A stretch of DNA of 64,000 nucleotides from Myxococcales bacterium (lineage in GTDB: Bacteria > Myxococcota_A > Polyangia > Polyangiales > DASUME01). The notes under the pieces were generated by a model. That model made no database searches and was not told where the DNA came from. It saw only the letters and a list, made by a program, of their open reading frames with translations. Where the stretch lies: assembly GCA_047601445.1 (NCBI GenBank), contig JASGJH010000001.1, forward strand, positions 5,632,001 through 5,696,000, written 5' to 3'. This document shows positions 10,488 to 20,640 of the stretch, in pieces. The position numbers and the translations under genes are program-made. How positions within the stretch are numbered: position 1 is the first letter of the stretch; each line of letters begins with the position of its first letter.

Positions 10488-12326
10488 GGTCCCGGCTCGC
10501 TCCACTCGTGCTGGGGCTGGCAATGGCCTGCAAACCCGAGCCGGTCGAACCCGAGTTTCCCGCCAACCACTGCGTCGTGAACGCCGACTGTTGGGCTGGT
10601 ACCGAGTGTGTCTCCGAGCTCGGGGTATGCGCGATCATGGGCTTGGAGAGGCCCTACAGCGTGGTGCTGCAGGTCTCGCCGCAGGCCACGGGAGGGGCGG
10701 GCGGGGTGACCTTCCCGGCCGTCAGGCTCGATGAGATTCGACGCAACGCCTTCGACCTCCCCATGCCGCCGTTCGTGGAGGTTCAGGGCCTGCTCAGCTG
10801 TCAGGGCGTGCCCATGATCGCCGAGGTCGCGCTGTTCGCCCGCGCCCAGGCGCCCGGTTACCCCACCGCGAGCATCGCCACGCGTAGCTTCGGCATTCCC
10901 CCCGACGCCAAAACCAACCTGCGTTTCCGGGTGCAGCCCAACACCACCTTCGACGTGAACGTGCAGCCGCTGGGTGCGGAGTGTCCCCCTTTTCGCGGCG
11001 TGCTCACGGTCGGCACCGAGCCCGTCACCTTTCCCCCTGCGGATCAGCCTCCGCCCGCGCTTCAGACCATCACGCTGGCTCTGGCCGAAGACATCCCGGA
11101 GTCCGCCACCACGCCGAACGCCAGCACGGCGCAGGGCAATGGTGTCCAGCGCGTGCGGATGTCGAGTAAGCGCACAGGGAGCGTGGTCTCGGCCACCGTG
11201 AACGCCAACCCCAAGTCGTTCACGCTCAACGTGCTCGACAGTGAACTCAAGGAAGGCGCCCTGAAGGATGCGTACGTGCAGGTCGACCTGAACCCACAGC
11301 ATCCCTGGAGCGAAGTCATCGAGGTGCCGCTCGCAGCGCCCGACGGTCCTCAGGGAAAGCTGCAGGTCCAGAGCAAGCTGAGGGTTCCGGTGTTGCCCAA
11401 GCGGGTGCTCTTGGTGGGGCAGATGAAGCTGGCCGACAACACGCCAGTTCCGAACGGACGGCTCGTGTTCACGTCCAAGTTCCCGCTCTCCAGCACCGGC
11501 ACGAGCGGCGGCAGCAAAGACTGGTGCCAGCTGCGCAAGCTGGGCGGTGTCGCGAGTAGCGTGAGCTGCAGCGCACAGCGGTCGGTGAACACGGATGAGC
11601 TCGGCAATTTCCAGGTCGAGCTCTTGCCGGGGGACTACGAGAATCCTGCTGCAACCGAACTCCGAGGTCGGAGAATCCCGCGCCACCGACGTCGCCACCA
11701 GCATAGAGAAGCTGGCCGTTGAAGTGCAGAGCGGAGGGCGTGCGCAAGGCCAGGCCTGGGATCAGGGCCCGTGGGCGCCTCCGCTGCGGCCCGCCGCGCT
11801 CTACTCGGGCGAACTGCGGGATCAAGATGGCAACTTGCTGCCCAACGTCGTCGTGACATCGCGCGCGCTCGCGGTGCTAGCCGCTCCGGCGGACATCGCT
11901 GGCTACAATCGGACCACCGCCGTGATCACCAGCTCCGAAGGCAGGTTCGATCTCTCCCTGGACAATGGGTACTACGACGTGATCGCCGAGCCGCCGCCCG
12001 GGACCGGCTACGCGCGCATCTACTCGGCCAATCGTGAATTCAGGGCGGCGGTGGCTACCGCGCCTGGAGCTCCGCCGCCGCCTAAGCAACCCGATCTGCC
12101 CACCATTCGCCTGAGCCCACCGGTGGTCCTCCAGGGCTCGCTGACGTCGGCCTCAGGGAAGTTGTCAGAGCTCGAGGGTTACACCGTGCGGGCCTTCGGA
12201 CTCGTCGAAGACAAGCGCACGACGCCCAGCAAGTCGAGGCCAGTGCTGCTCGGCACCGCCGAGACCGATGCGGATGGCAACTACGTGCTGCTCCTGCCTC
12301 CGCACCTCGATCAAGCGCTGCAGTAG
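10484..12326 (+). pseudogene. Large lipoprotein with carboxypeptidase-regulatory-like repeats, split by a +1 frameshift at ~11629-11643 (real or sequencing error)
   Basis: ORFs 10484-11722 and 11595-12326 join as ...VELLPGDYE/ILLQPNSEVG... when one base is removed from GAG-A-ATC. Confidence 0.7.
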
Positions 12327-12375
12327 CGCGCGGCTTGGCCGCGAAGGGCGAGCAGGTGGTGTGCCCCTCCTGCCG

Positions 12376-12900
12376 CTAGCTCGGATCTCTGTAGTTCACT
12401 GCGAGTACCTCGTAGGTGACCTCGCCCTTGGGTCGGAACACGCTCACGTTGGCGCCCACGACCTTGCCCATGAGCGCGCGCGCGACTGGCGATTCGATGC
12501 TGATGTAGCCGCGCTGGGCGTCGCTCTCGTCCGCGCCGACGATGCGGTAGCGCACCTGCTTGTCCTCTTCCTCGTCGTATAGATCGACCCAGGCTCCGAA
12601 GAAGATCTTCGTGGTGCCCTGGGGCGGGTACTCGGTGACCACCGTCAGCACGTCCACGCGCTTGGTGAGGAACTCGATCCGCTTGTCGATCTCGCGCAGC
12701 TTCTTCTTGCCGTAGATGTACTCCGCGTTTTCGGAGCGGTCGCCCTCGGCGGCCGCGTCGGCCACCCCCTTCACGACCTTGGGCCGCTCCACGCGAAACA
12801 GGTGGTCGAGCTCCTCCCGTAGCTTTCGGTAGCCTTCGTCGGTGATGTACTCGCGCTTTTCCACGTCCCGCCCCGTCAACGCTTGAGTAGACACGGTCAT
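12376..12900 (-). CDS. greB: Transcription elongation factor GreB (start may be GTG 12864)
   Basis: YITDEGYRKLREEL...AAAEGDRSENAEYIYGKKKLREIDKRIEFL...IFFGAWV...YRIVGADE...ISIESPVARAL. Confidence 0.93.
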   Translation of the reverse strand: MTVSTQALTGRDVEKREYITDEGYRKLREELDHLFRVERPKVVKGVADAAAEGDRSENAEYIYGKKKLREIDKRIEFLTKRVDVLTVVTEYPPQGTTKIFFGAWVDLYDEEEDKQVRYRIVGADESDAQRGYISIESPVARALMGKVVGANVSVFRPKGEVTYEVLAVNYRDPS

Positions 12901-12934
12901 AGCCTCGATGCCGCTCCGTGCCAGGCTCGAGCCC

Positions 12935-13858
12935 ATGGACCTGACCAACAAGACCATCGCAGTCACCGGCGCGAGCGGCATGCTCGGTGCCTACCTGTGT
13001 CGCGCCCTGCTGAACGCAGGCGCACGCGTCGTGGGTGTCGTGGAATCCCCCCAGAAGGCCCGCTTCCTCGAGGCCGAGGGGGTGGAGTTCCGCAAGGCCG
13101 ACCTGACGGACCGAGCCGCGCTCACCGAAGCCTTCAAGGGCACGCACGCCGTGGTGTCGAACGCCGCGCTGTACGACGTGATGAACCACCGTTGGTCGGA
13201 CAACTACCGAGCCAACAAGGAGGGCACGGAGAACGTCTACGAGGCGGTGGCGGCGGCCGGCGTGAAGCGCGTGGTCCACATCAGCACCTTCGGGGTCTAC
13301 CGTTGGCGTCTCGGCGGGGCTCCCTTCGACGACGACTCGGCGGTGCTCGACGGCGCACGCAAGCAAGGTGGGGCCTACCGCGCCACCAAGCAGTTGAGCG
13401 AAGCGCTGGCCTTCGAGCTCTCCAAAAAGCACGGCATTGCGACCACGGCGGTAAGGCCCGCGGGCATTTACGGCGCGCGCGACAGCAACACGGTGCCCTA
13501 TCTACGTGTGTGGTTCGGCCTGCCCATCACCCTGGTGCCGACCTTCCGCTTCCCGTGGGTGTACGCGGGCGACGTCGCGAACGCGGTGGTCGGTGCGCTC
13601 AAGAACGACGACTCGAGCGGCAAGGCCTACATCACGGCCGGAGCCAACACCACGGTGTACGAGTTTGCACGGGCTTGGCGAGAAGCGGCCGGCTCGCGCA
13701 ACCTGATGATCCCCATCCCGGTCGGCTTCGGTGTGCAGGTCGACTGCAGCAAGGCGGAGCGCGAGATCGGCTTCAAGAACACGCCCTTCGTGCAGGGACT
13801 GCGAGAGACGTTCGAAGCCGACGCGCAACACAAGCGACTCACCGCGGGTGCGAGCTGA
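12935..13858 (+). CDS. NAD-dependent epimerase/dehydratase (extended SDR)
   Basis: VTGASGMLG, HIST, YRATK and RPAGIYG motifs. Confidence 0.9.
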   Translation: MDLTNKTIAVTGASGMLGAYLCRALLNAGARVVGVVESPQKARFLEAEGVEFRKADLTDRAALTEAFKGTHAVVSNAALYDVMNHRWSDNYRANKEGTENVYEAVAAAGVKRVVHISTFGVYRWRLGGAPFDDDSAVLDGARKQGGAYRATKQLSEALAFELSKKHGIATTAVRPAGIYGARDSNTVPYLRVWFGLPITLVPTFRFPWVYAGDVANAVVGALKNDDSSGKAYITAGANTTVYEFARAWREAAGSRNLMIPIPVGFGVQVDCSKAEREIGFKNTPFVQGLRETFEADAQHKRLTAGAS

Positions 13859-14313
13859 CACACGCTTCGCGCGCCACGTGGATCTCCCCGATCTTCTGCG
13901 TGGGCAGGTGTAGGCGAATGGACCTTACGGTGGCACATCGACGCGCGGATCTCGCGTAGAACGCAGCGCGTGAGATCGCCGACGCGCGGCCGCCGAAGCG
14001 CACGAACGAGCGTGAGCAGACCCGTCTTCCTCCCTTGCCGGACTGCCGGATCGATTGACAGCACGGACGCGCTCCTGCGATACACGAACGCGGGAACACC
14101 ATCTCGGTCGTCTCGGCGCGTCGGCTTCGCCTCGCGATCAAGACGATGCTCTCTGTGGGATGTCGCGCGCCGCGCGTGCTTTCCGACCGGGGTCAGTCCA
14201 TGGGCGCTACGCAACCGAAACAAATACCGGAGCTCAGCGCCGGTACGACCGGCGAAGTAGATGTCGTCAGCAGGATTGTGGCGCGCGGTCGGAGCCCAGA
14301 TCAAGGTCGAACC

Positions 14314-15690
14314 ATGCAAGCCCGGCTAACGGCCGTACAACGGGCTCTCGTGTTGCTCCCGATCGCTTCGCTGGCGTTTGCGGTACTCGCACGACCCCAA
14401 TTCGAAAACCGCGCCTTCACCAAGTCCTTGGATGAAGTGACTGCATTCCAGGCCGGTTTCGATCGACCCGCAGTGGAGCAGCTGCTGCGCGACTACGCGC
14501 AGGGTCAGGGCATGTTGCCGCTCGACACGGTGAGCGCGAAGGCCGCCTTCGACGGCAAGAGCTTGGGGGTTGCAGCGGGCACCCAGCCGATTCGTCCGCT
14601 CACCGTCGTGAGCATCGCGACCCTGTCCGACGCTCAGCTGCACGGGCGACCCGAGAGCTCCTTGCGCATCGGAGTACCCGACGTGAGTGCACTCGGGGCC
14701 GCCCTGAGCTGGCGCCTTAACGAGCACAAGCCCGAGGCCGTGCCGAGCCTCAAGGCCGTCACCTTGAGCACCGCCGCCGTGAGCGAGAGCGATGTGGCGC
14801 TGGAGCTCGAGGTGGCTGCTCTTCAGAAGGAGCGCGCCGCCGCCGAGGCCGCGGTGGCCGCAGCCGCCCAGCGCCTGCAGGCCGAAACGGACTTGTTCGA
14901 CGCGCGACGCAAGCGCGGTCTGGCCTGGAAGATCATCGTGAAGTCCATCGAGGCCCGCGACGCGGCCAAGGTGGTGCTCGACGAGAAGACCGCTGCCCTG
15001 GCCGATGTGGCCGGTCGCTACGAGGCAGCCGTGAAGCGGGCGCTCGCGCCCCGCGAGAAGACGCCGCTCACCGAGGTACCCCAAGTGGCGCTGGCGCGCG
15101 TGGACCTCGAGGGCAGCGCAGGGTCCTTCGAGATCCCGGTGCGCCTCGAGATCCGGACCGTCCCGGTGCCTCCACTGCGTCAGGCCGACTTCGCCGAGAC
15201 CACGCAGGCGGGGTTGTGGGACAAGGTGAAAGGTCTCGACCCGCAGCAGGCCGTGTCGGCCGTGCGCGACGAGTTCAACTGGCACAACCGCTACGTGGAG
15301 GTGGCCGGTATTCGTCTCGGGGGCATGACGCTGCTGCAGATCCTGCCCTGCCTGTTGCCCGTGTTGATGCTGCTCTTGCGACGTCGCCTGCGGGCGGCGG
15401 CCGCCAGCTACAGCTTGTTCGGCACCCGTGTCTACGGCTCGATGCCCACGGTGGGTTTCAAGAGCCGCAGCTTGGAGGGCCTGGCGCTCATCCTGTTGCC
15501 GCTCGTGGCCTGCGCCAGCGCGGCCTTGGCCCTGGTGCTCATCGGTCAGCCGCCGGTGCTACCCGTCCTCTCGGCCCTGGTGAGCCTGATGTTGGGCACG
15601 GGGGCCTTCGTGAAGGTCGGCGAGCTTCAGGGTCTGGTGGCCTCGGTGGTGCAGTCGCACAGCTACCCGCCGCCGGATCCCCACAACTAG
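14314..15690 (+). CDS. Hypothetical membrane protein with a central coiled coil
   Basis: N-terminal hydrophobic helix, Ala/Glu-rich coiled coil and about three C-terminal TM helices; host-like codon use. Confidence 0.65.
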   Translation: MQARLTAVQRALVLLPIASLAFAVLARPQFENRAFTKSLDEVTAFQAGFDRPAVEQLLRDYAQGQGMLPLDTVSAKAAFDGKSLGVAAGTQPIRPLTVVSIATLSDAQLHGRPESSLRIGVPDVSALGAALSWRLNEHKPEAVPSLKAVTLSTAAVSESDVALELEVAALQKERAAAEAAVAAAAQRLQAETDLFDARRKRGLAWKIIVKSIEARDAAKVVLDEKTAALADVAGRYEAAVKRALAPREKTPLTEVPQVALARVDLEGSAGSFEIPVRLEIRTVPVPPLRQADFAETTQAGLWDKVKGLDPQQAVSAVRDEFNWHNRYVEVAGIRLGGMTLLQILPCLLPVLMLLLRRRLRAAAASYSLFGTRVYGSMPTVGFKSRSLEGLALILLPLVACASAALALVLIGQPPVLPVLSALVSLMLGTGAFVKVGELQGLVASVVQSHSYPPPDPHN

Positions 15691-15696
15691 CAGCAG

Positions 15697-16446
15697 CTAG
15701 CGGCCGGAGAGGGCCCCCACGCGCTGGAAGACGGCCTCAGGCATGTTCCTCACGGCGAACATGATGAGCCGCCAATAGCCGGGCACGAAGGCCTCGAAGC
15801 GCCCCTGTTCCACGGCGGCCACGATCTCCCGAGCCACCGCGGGCGAGCGCGCGAAGAGGAGGTTCTTCTTGTGGGTCTCGGTCATCGGCGTGTCCACCGG
15901 CCCCAGCTTGATCAGATGGATGCCGACGCCCCGCTGGTAGAGGCGGCTGCGCAGGCCCTGCAGGTACACGTTGAGGGCCGCCTTGGCGGAGGCATAGGTG
16001 TAGTTGCGGGGCCGGCCGCGCTCGGCTGCCACGGACGACAGCACGGCGAGGTGACCTTGGCCCCGGGACTCGAGGTGGTTGGCGAGCGGGATCAAGAGCG
16101 CCATCACGCCGAGATAGTTGGTGCGCACGATCTGCTCGGCGACCTCCCGGGAGCGCTCGCTCTCCAGCTGGTCGCCGAGCAGCCCGTGGGCCACCAGCGC
16201 CAGGTCGACGCGCCCCGACAGGCCTTCGATGGCTCCCGTCACGCACGTGGCCGCGGACTCCGTGTGGTCGAAGTCCTGCACCGCGGACCCCGCCACGGCG
16301 GTGCCGAGCTCCGCGACGAGTTCGGCGAGCTTCTGGGGATTGCGTCCGACCAGGTAGAGGCGCGCGCCGCGCCCGGCGAGCAGGCGAGCCACGTCGGCCG
16401 CGATGGCAGAGGTGGCGCCGAAGATGGCTACGTGTTGCATGACCAC
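15697..16446 (-). CDS. Short-chain dehydrogenase/reductase
   Basis: IFGATSAIA, LSSVAAERGRPRNYTYASAKAA (YxxxK) and GPVDTPMT motifs. Confidence 0.92.
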   Translation of the reverse strand: MVMQHVAIFGATSAIAADVARLLAGRGARLYLVGRNPQKLAELVAELGTAVAGSAVQDFDHTESAATCVTGAIEGLSGRVDLALVAHGLLGDQLESERSREVAEQIVRTNYLGVMALLIPLANHLESRGQGHLAVLSSVAAERGRPRNYTYASAKAALNVYLQGLRSRLYQRGVGIHLIKLGPVDTPMTETHKKNLLFARSPAVAREIVAAVEQGRFEAFVPGYWRLIMFAVRNMPEAVFQRVGALSGR

Positions 16447-16526
16447 CCCGATCTAGCAGACACACGCTATGGCGGGACGGACCGGACTGGCCGCGCGGCT
16501 GGGTGCGGCTGCTAGATTGTGAGCCC

Positions 16527-17402
16527 ATGAGCCGATCCGAATCGATGACGGCGTACCGGTTGTGGCTGGCGTTCACGCTCTGTCTGCTCGGTGTGGTCGC
16601 GGGGTGCACGGGGACCACGACACGGATCGCGGGCTGGTACGTCACACGACAGATCGATGGCTACGTCGACCTTACTGGCGAGCAGAAAGAGCTGGTCCGG
16701 GCGCGCGTGGACGTGCTGATCGAGGAGATCCGGCGCGACGAGCTGCCCAAGGCGCTCTACCTCATGCGGCTAGTCCGAGACGCCATTGCACAGAACCAGG
16801 TCCAAGACCGCATCGACGGCCTCCAGGAGCGTTCAGACGCCTTTCTGGAGCGCGCGGCGGGGCGCCTGATCCCGGAGCTCGGCTGGCTCTTGAGTCAGCT
16901 CGACGACGCTCAGATCACCTATTTCGAGGGCAAACTCAAAGAGAACGTCGACAAGATCTACGAGGACCAGCAGCTTCCCCAGGGCGAACGTCGCAAGAAG
17001 ATGGACGAGCAGCTGGTCGAAGGTCTGGAGAAGGCGGTGGGGGATCTGTCGGCCGCACAACAGCAGACTATCTTGCAGGCCGCCCACGCCCTGCCCGACG
17101 ACCGCGCCCAGCGCTACCGAAACGACCTCGCGCGCATCCAGAGCACCGGCAAGCTCCTGCGCGCCCACCCCGGTCAGGCCGCCGTCGAAGCGGAGCTTCG
17201 CCGGCTGTGGGCCACACGCTACGAGGTGACAGCGGGCCGCGACAAGCTGACCCGGCGCGCCGAGCAGAGGGAATTTTTGCTGAGCGTCGACCGCACGATG
17301 ACCGAGCAACAGCGCGCGCACGCGGTCGAGAGCTTGAACGAGCGGATCCGGAGTCTGGCCCGCTTCGAGTTGCACGCCGAAGCAACGAGCGCGCCCAACT
17401 GA
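16527..17402 (+). CDS. Lipoprotein, DUF6279-like
   Basis: Lipobox VVAGC; WYVTRQIDGYVDLTGEQK...RRDELP pattern; all-helical. Confidence 0.7.
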   Translation: MSRSESMTAYRLWLAFTLCLLGVVAGCTGTTTRIAGWYVTRQIDGYVDLTGEQKELVRARVDVLIEEIRRDELPKALYLMRLVRDAIAQNQVQDRIDGLQERSDAFLERAAGRLIPELGWLLSQLDDAQITYFEGKLKENVDKIYEDQQLPQGERRKKMDEQLVEGLEKAVGDLSAAQQQTILQAAHALPDDRAQRYRNDLARIQSTGKLLRAHPGQAAVEAELRRLWATRYEVTAGRDKLTRRAEQREFLLSVDRTMTEQQRAHAVESLNERIRSLARFELHAEATSAPN

Positions 17403-17614
17403 CCGCATCCGAGCCGGCGCGTTCGCGCAGCAGAGGGCTCGCTGGAGCGGCGCTCGCAGTGGAGAGCACGCATCACCCTCGCTGTGGCGAGGCGCTGGAG
17501 TCGCGCGTTGCGGGGACCTCTAGGCACGCCAGAACCTCGCCGGATTTACGCGTTGTTTCAAACTGTTACATGCAGCTATCAGAGCCCGCCGCGAGCCGCT
17601 GAGACGACCTGACG

Positions 17615-17821
17615 TCAATCGCCAGGAGCCTCTCCGCGCCGACCTCCACCCACGAACCACAACGTGACGTGGAAGCTGTCAGGCCCCTCGCTGTCCGATA
17701 CGTCCTCTGCCTCGCTGCGGACGACTTGCTGGTCGGGACGCAGGGCTTCGGCCGCGATCTCGATCGCTTCTTCGCGCGATCTCGCGCTGACCAACGCCTC
17801 GTACTTGTGCTCGTGGGGCAT
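17615..17821 (-). CDS. Small hypothetical protein (68 aa)
   Basis: Protein-like composition (YEALVSARSREEAIEIA...FHVTLWF) in an otherwise empty interval. Confidence 0.55.
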   Translation of the reverse strand: MPHEHKYEALVSARSREEAIEIAAEALRPDQQVVRSEAEDVSDSEGPDSFHVTLWFVGGGRRGEAPGD

Positions 17822-18035
17822 GCGAATCGATATAGCTTGTTGACAGCGCGCGCGAGCAGGTCGACATTACAACACGTTGATGATCTCCGCGTCGTACACG
17901 CTGATGTCGATTGTTGGTGGCGCGACCCCACACTTAGCGGGCATCATCTACCCAACTAGAAAGGCTCTACTCGAGCGCTGAGGGCTCACGCTCCGAAGCA
18001 CTCGAAGTGAAGGCATACGCCTGCCGGAGGAAAAC

Positions 18036-18347
18036 ATGGCTGCGAAGAAGAAGAAAGCTGCGAAGAAGGCCGCTGCCCCCAAGAAGGCTGCCAAGAAGAA
18101 GGCTGCCCCCAAGAAGGCCGCCAAGAAGAGCGTGAAGAAGGCTGGCAAGAAGGCCGCCAAGAAGGCTGGCAAGAAGGCCGCCAAGAAGGCCGCCGCCCCC
18201 AAGAAGGCTGCCAAGAAGAAGGCCGCCAAGAAGAAGGCTTCCAAGAAGAAGGCTTCCCCCGTGGTGGAGACCATCTCCACCGGCTCCTCCGAAGGCGGCG
18301 GCGAGATGCTGCTTGCCCCCGGCGACGCGGGCGAAGCCAGCTTCTGA
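18036..18347 (+). CDS. Histone H1-like Lys/Ala-rich basic protein
   Basis: Strong RBS (GGAGGA); KKAAKK and AAPKK repeats over ~75 aa, then an acidic tail. Confidence 0.8.
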   Translation: MAAKKKKAAKKAAAPKKAAKKKAAPKKAAKKSVKKAGKKAAKKAGKKAAKKAAAPKKAAKKKAAKKKASKKKASPVVETISTGSSEGGGEMLLAPGDAGEASF

Positions 18348-18412
18348 TTCGACGCGCGGCCAACCCAGTCAGCTGGGGGCCGCGCTCCAGAGAAGTCCCA
18401 TGGCAGCCGGCC

Positions 18413-19249
18413 TTAGCCGGCTGCCTCTTCGGCAATACAGGCCTCGAACCCCTCTCGGTAGGTCGGATAACGAAGGCCCATGGCCAGGCACCGCATGATG
18501 CCCGAGGCGTCCACGCGTCGATCATGGCGCAAGGTCTCCGGCGCTTCCGCGATCGGCACGGCAGGTGGTACCGGTAGGCCCAGGCGGGCCGCCAGGTAGC
18601 GCACCACGTCGCCCTGCGGGGCCGGCTCGTCGTCGGCCACCACGAAGCTCTTGCCGCGCACGCGCTGCGTCATGCAGGCCAGGGAAATTGCCGCCAAATC
18701 GTCCACATGGATGCGGCAGACGTAGCCTGATCCGTCCCCTACGATGCGTGCGCTGCCGGCTCGCAGACGGGTGTGCATGCCGCTACCAGGTCCATAGATA
18801 GCGGCCGCCCGCAGCACGCTGGCCCCCGCGGCCCGCCATGGTTCCTCGGCGCTCAAGCGTCCGCGGGCGCGCGGAGAGTCGGGGTGCGGCGGGGTAGCGT
18901 CGTCGATCCGACCAGTCAGACTCCCGTACACGCCGGTGCTCGAGATGTAGACGGAGCTGTGGGCTCGTGTTGCCAACGGCGCGCACTGGGCATCGCTGAC
19001 TCCATCCGGTGGAAAGCTCACCAGGATGCCGGTGCGCTCGTCCACTTCGGACCGCAAGCTGGACTCGGAGAGTTGGGGCAGCACCAGGACCTTGGCCCCG
19101 AGCCGCTCGAGCTCCTCGGCACGCGCGGGGTTGCGCGTGGTGGCCACACAGGCGAGGCCTCGCGCACGCGCGTGACGAAGTACACGCAGACCCAGGAAGC
19201 CGCAGCCGAGCAGGAGCACCCGCTCGAGGGGAGGTTGCACGACGGTCAT
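18413..19249 (-). CDS. Atypical SDR / NAD-dependent epimerase (YeeZ-like)
   Basis: LLGCGFLG, YISSTGVYG and RIHVDDLA motifs; ATGA overlap with the upstream MBL gene. Confidence 0.88.
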   Translation of the reverse strand: MTVVQPPLERVLLLGCGFLGLRVLRHARARGLACVATTRNPARAEELERLGAKVLVLPQLSESSLRSEVDERTGILVSFPPDGVSDAQCAPLATRAHSSVYISSTGVYGSLTGRIDDATPPHPDSPRARGRLSAEEPWRAAGASVLRAAAIYGPGSGMHTRLRAGSARIVGDGSGYVCRIHVDDLAAISLACMTQRVRGKSFVVADDEPAPQGDVVRYLAARLGLPVPPAVPIAEAPETLRHDRRVDASGIMRCLAMGLRYPTYREGFEACIAEEAAG

Positions 19250-20331
19250 GGCGCGCCCTCTCCCGTGAACGCGTGTAACTCGGTCGCCACGCCTTGCCCG
19301 CGCGGGCCGGACAGTCCGAGGCTGCCCCCGGGCGTGAGCACGTGGAAGCGCTGTGCGGGAAGCCCGCGCTCCACCACCGCCTGGCGCAGCCACTGTGGGC
19401 CCGCCTCGATGGGCTCATCACTGAGGTCGTAGGCTCCCCAGTGCATGCCCACGAAGTGAGTCGCGACGAGGTCGTGGTAGGCCTGCAGCGACTGCTCGGG
19501 GTTCATGTGCTGCGAAGACATGAACCACGTCGGCTCGTACGCACCGAGCGGCAGGCACGCCACGTCGATGCCCCCGAAGACCTCCCCAATCGCGCGAAAG
19601 CCCCCGAAATAGCCGGTATCTCCGGAGTGGAACACGCGGTGAGTGCCCTCCACCACGAAGCCTCCCCACAGGCTCTTGTTGGTATCGAACATGCCGCGTC
19701 TGTGCCAGTGCTGGGCCGGCACGAGATGAACGCGCACCTGGCCCAGACTCACGTACTGCCACCAATCGAGCTCCACCAGCGGACGACACACCGAGGGCAG
19801 CAGCGCCCCGAGGCCCGTCGGCACGATGAACACCGGTGCGTCACCGCGCGCCTGGTTTTCGAGCGCTAGCTGCTTGAGGGCACTCGGGTCGAGGTGGTCG
19901 TGGTGACCGTGCGTCACCAGCACCGCGTGGAGGCCGGTGAGCTCCGCGGGCTGCGCCGCGGGCGGCGTGACCCGAGACACCACTCCCCCGGCGCGCCCGA
20001 AGATGGGATCGACCACCATGCGCATTCCATCGAGCTCGAACAAGAAGGAGGCGTGGCCGATCCAGAAGAGCTTGGTGGGCAGAGCACCGAGGGCTTCGAA
20101 GTCCGAACGTGCCGCCGCCGGGATGGGCAGGGGGCGCGCGCGATAGCCCTTGGGACGCGCGAGGTTGGTCTGCGTTTTCCAGCGCAGCACGCCGGCAAAA
20201 TCGGGCAGCGGCTCGTGCTCCCATGGATTGGAGAAAACGCCGGCTGCTCCGGGGGAAGCAACGAAGGGGCCGAAGTGGTCGCGCTGTGCGGCGGAAATCG
20301 GTGTGGGTTCGGGCGTCAGACGGGGCTTCAC
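19246..20331 (-). CDS. MBL-fold metallo-hydrolase (NAPE-PLD-like)
   Basis: WIGHASF, THGHHDHLD, PAQHWHRR, HSGDTGY and MHWG motifs; start approximate. Confidence 0.9.
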   Translation of the reverse strand: MKPRLTPEPTPISAAQRDHFGPFVASPGAAGVFSNPWEHEPLPDFAGVLRWKTQTNLARPKGYRARPLPIPAAARSDFEALGALPTKLFWIGHASFLFELDGMRMVVDPIFGRAGGVVSRVTPPAAQPAELTGLHAVLVTHGHHDHLDPSALKQLALENQARGDAPVFIVPTGLGALLPSVCRPLVELDWWQYVSLGQVRVHLVPAQHWHRRGMFDTNKSLWGGFVVEGTHRVFHSGDTGYFGGFRAIGEVFGGIDVACLPLGAYEPTWFMSSQHMNPEQSLQAYHDLVATHFVGMHWGAYDLSDEPIEAGPQWLRQAVVERGLPAQRFHVLTPGGSLGLSGPRGQGVATELHAFTGEGAP

Positions 20332-20640
20332 GCTCCAAGCGTGAGGACGAACGCGAAGCCTGTAAAGGGACACCGCATGAGGTCCGCCGACAAGCTCGGT
20401 GGCGTCCGCGAGGCCGACCAGAAAACCTGCCAAAAAGCCGCTCTAAGCGGGGAATCGTGCCGGAGCTCGCTTTGGCCGAGCGCGATCACGCGTGGTAGCG
20501 TGCGCTAAAGGCGTTCGAGGTGAGTCGTGCCGGGGGGCACGCGTGAACGCTGTCGTGTCCGTCATTCGCCGTGCGACCACAGGGGGGCGTGCGTCGAACC
20601 GTTCCATCGTGCGATCCGCGGGTCGCGCGGAGGTGTCGTC

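Noticed and set aside
14055..14085. TTGACA -35 boxes (also ~17840)
   Set aside because: No convincing -10 hexamer at 16-18 bp spacing.
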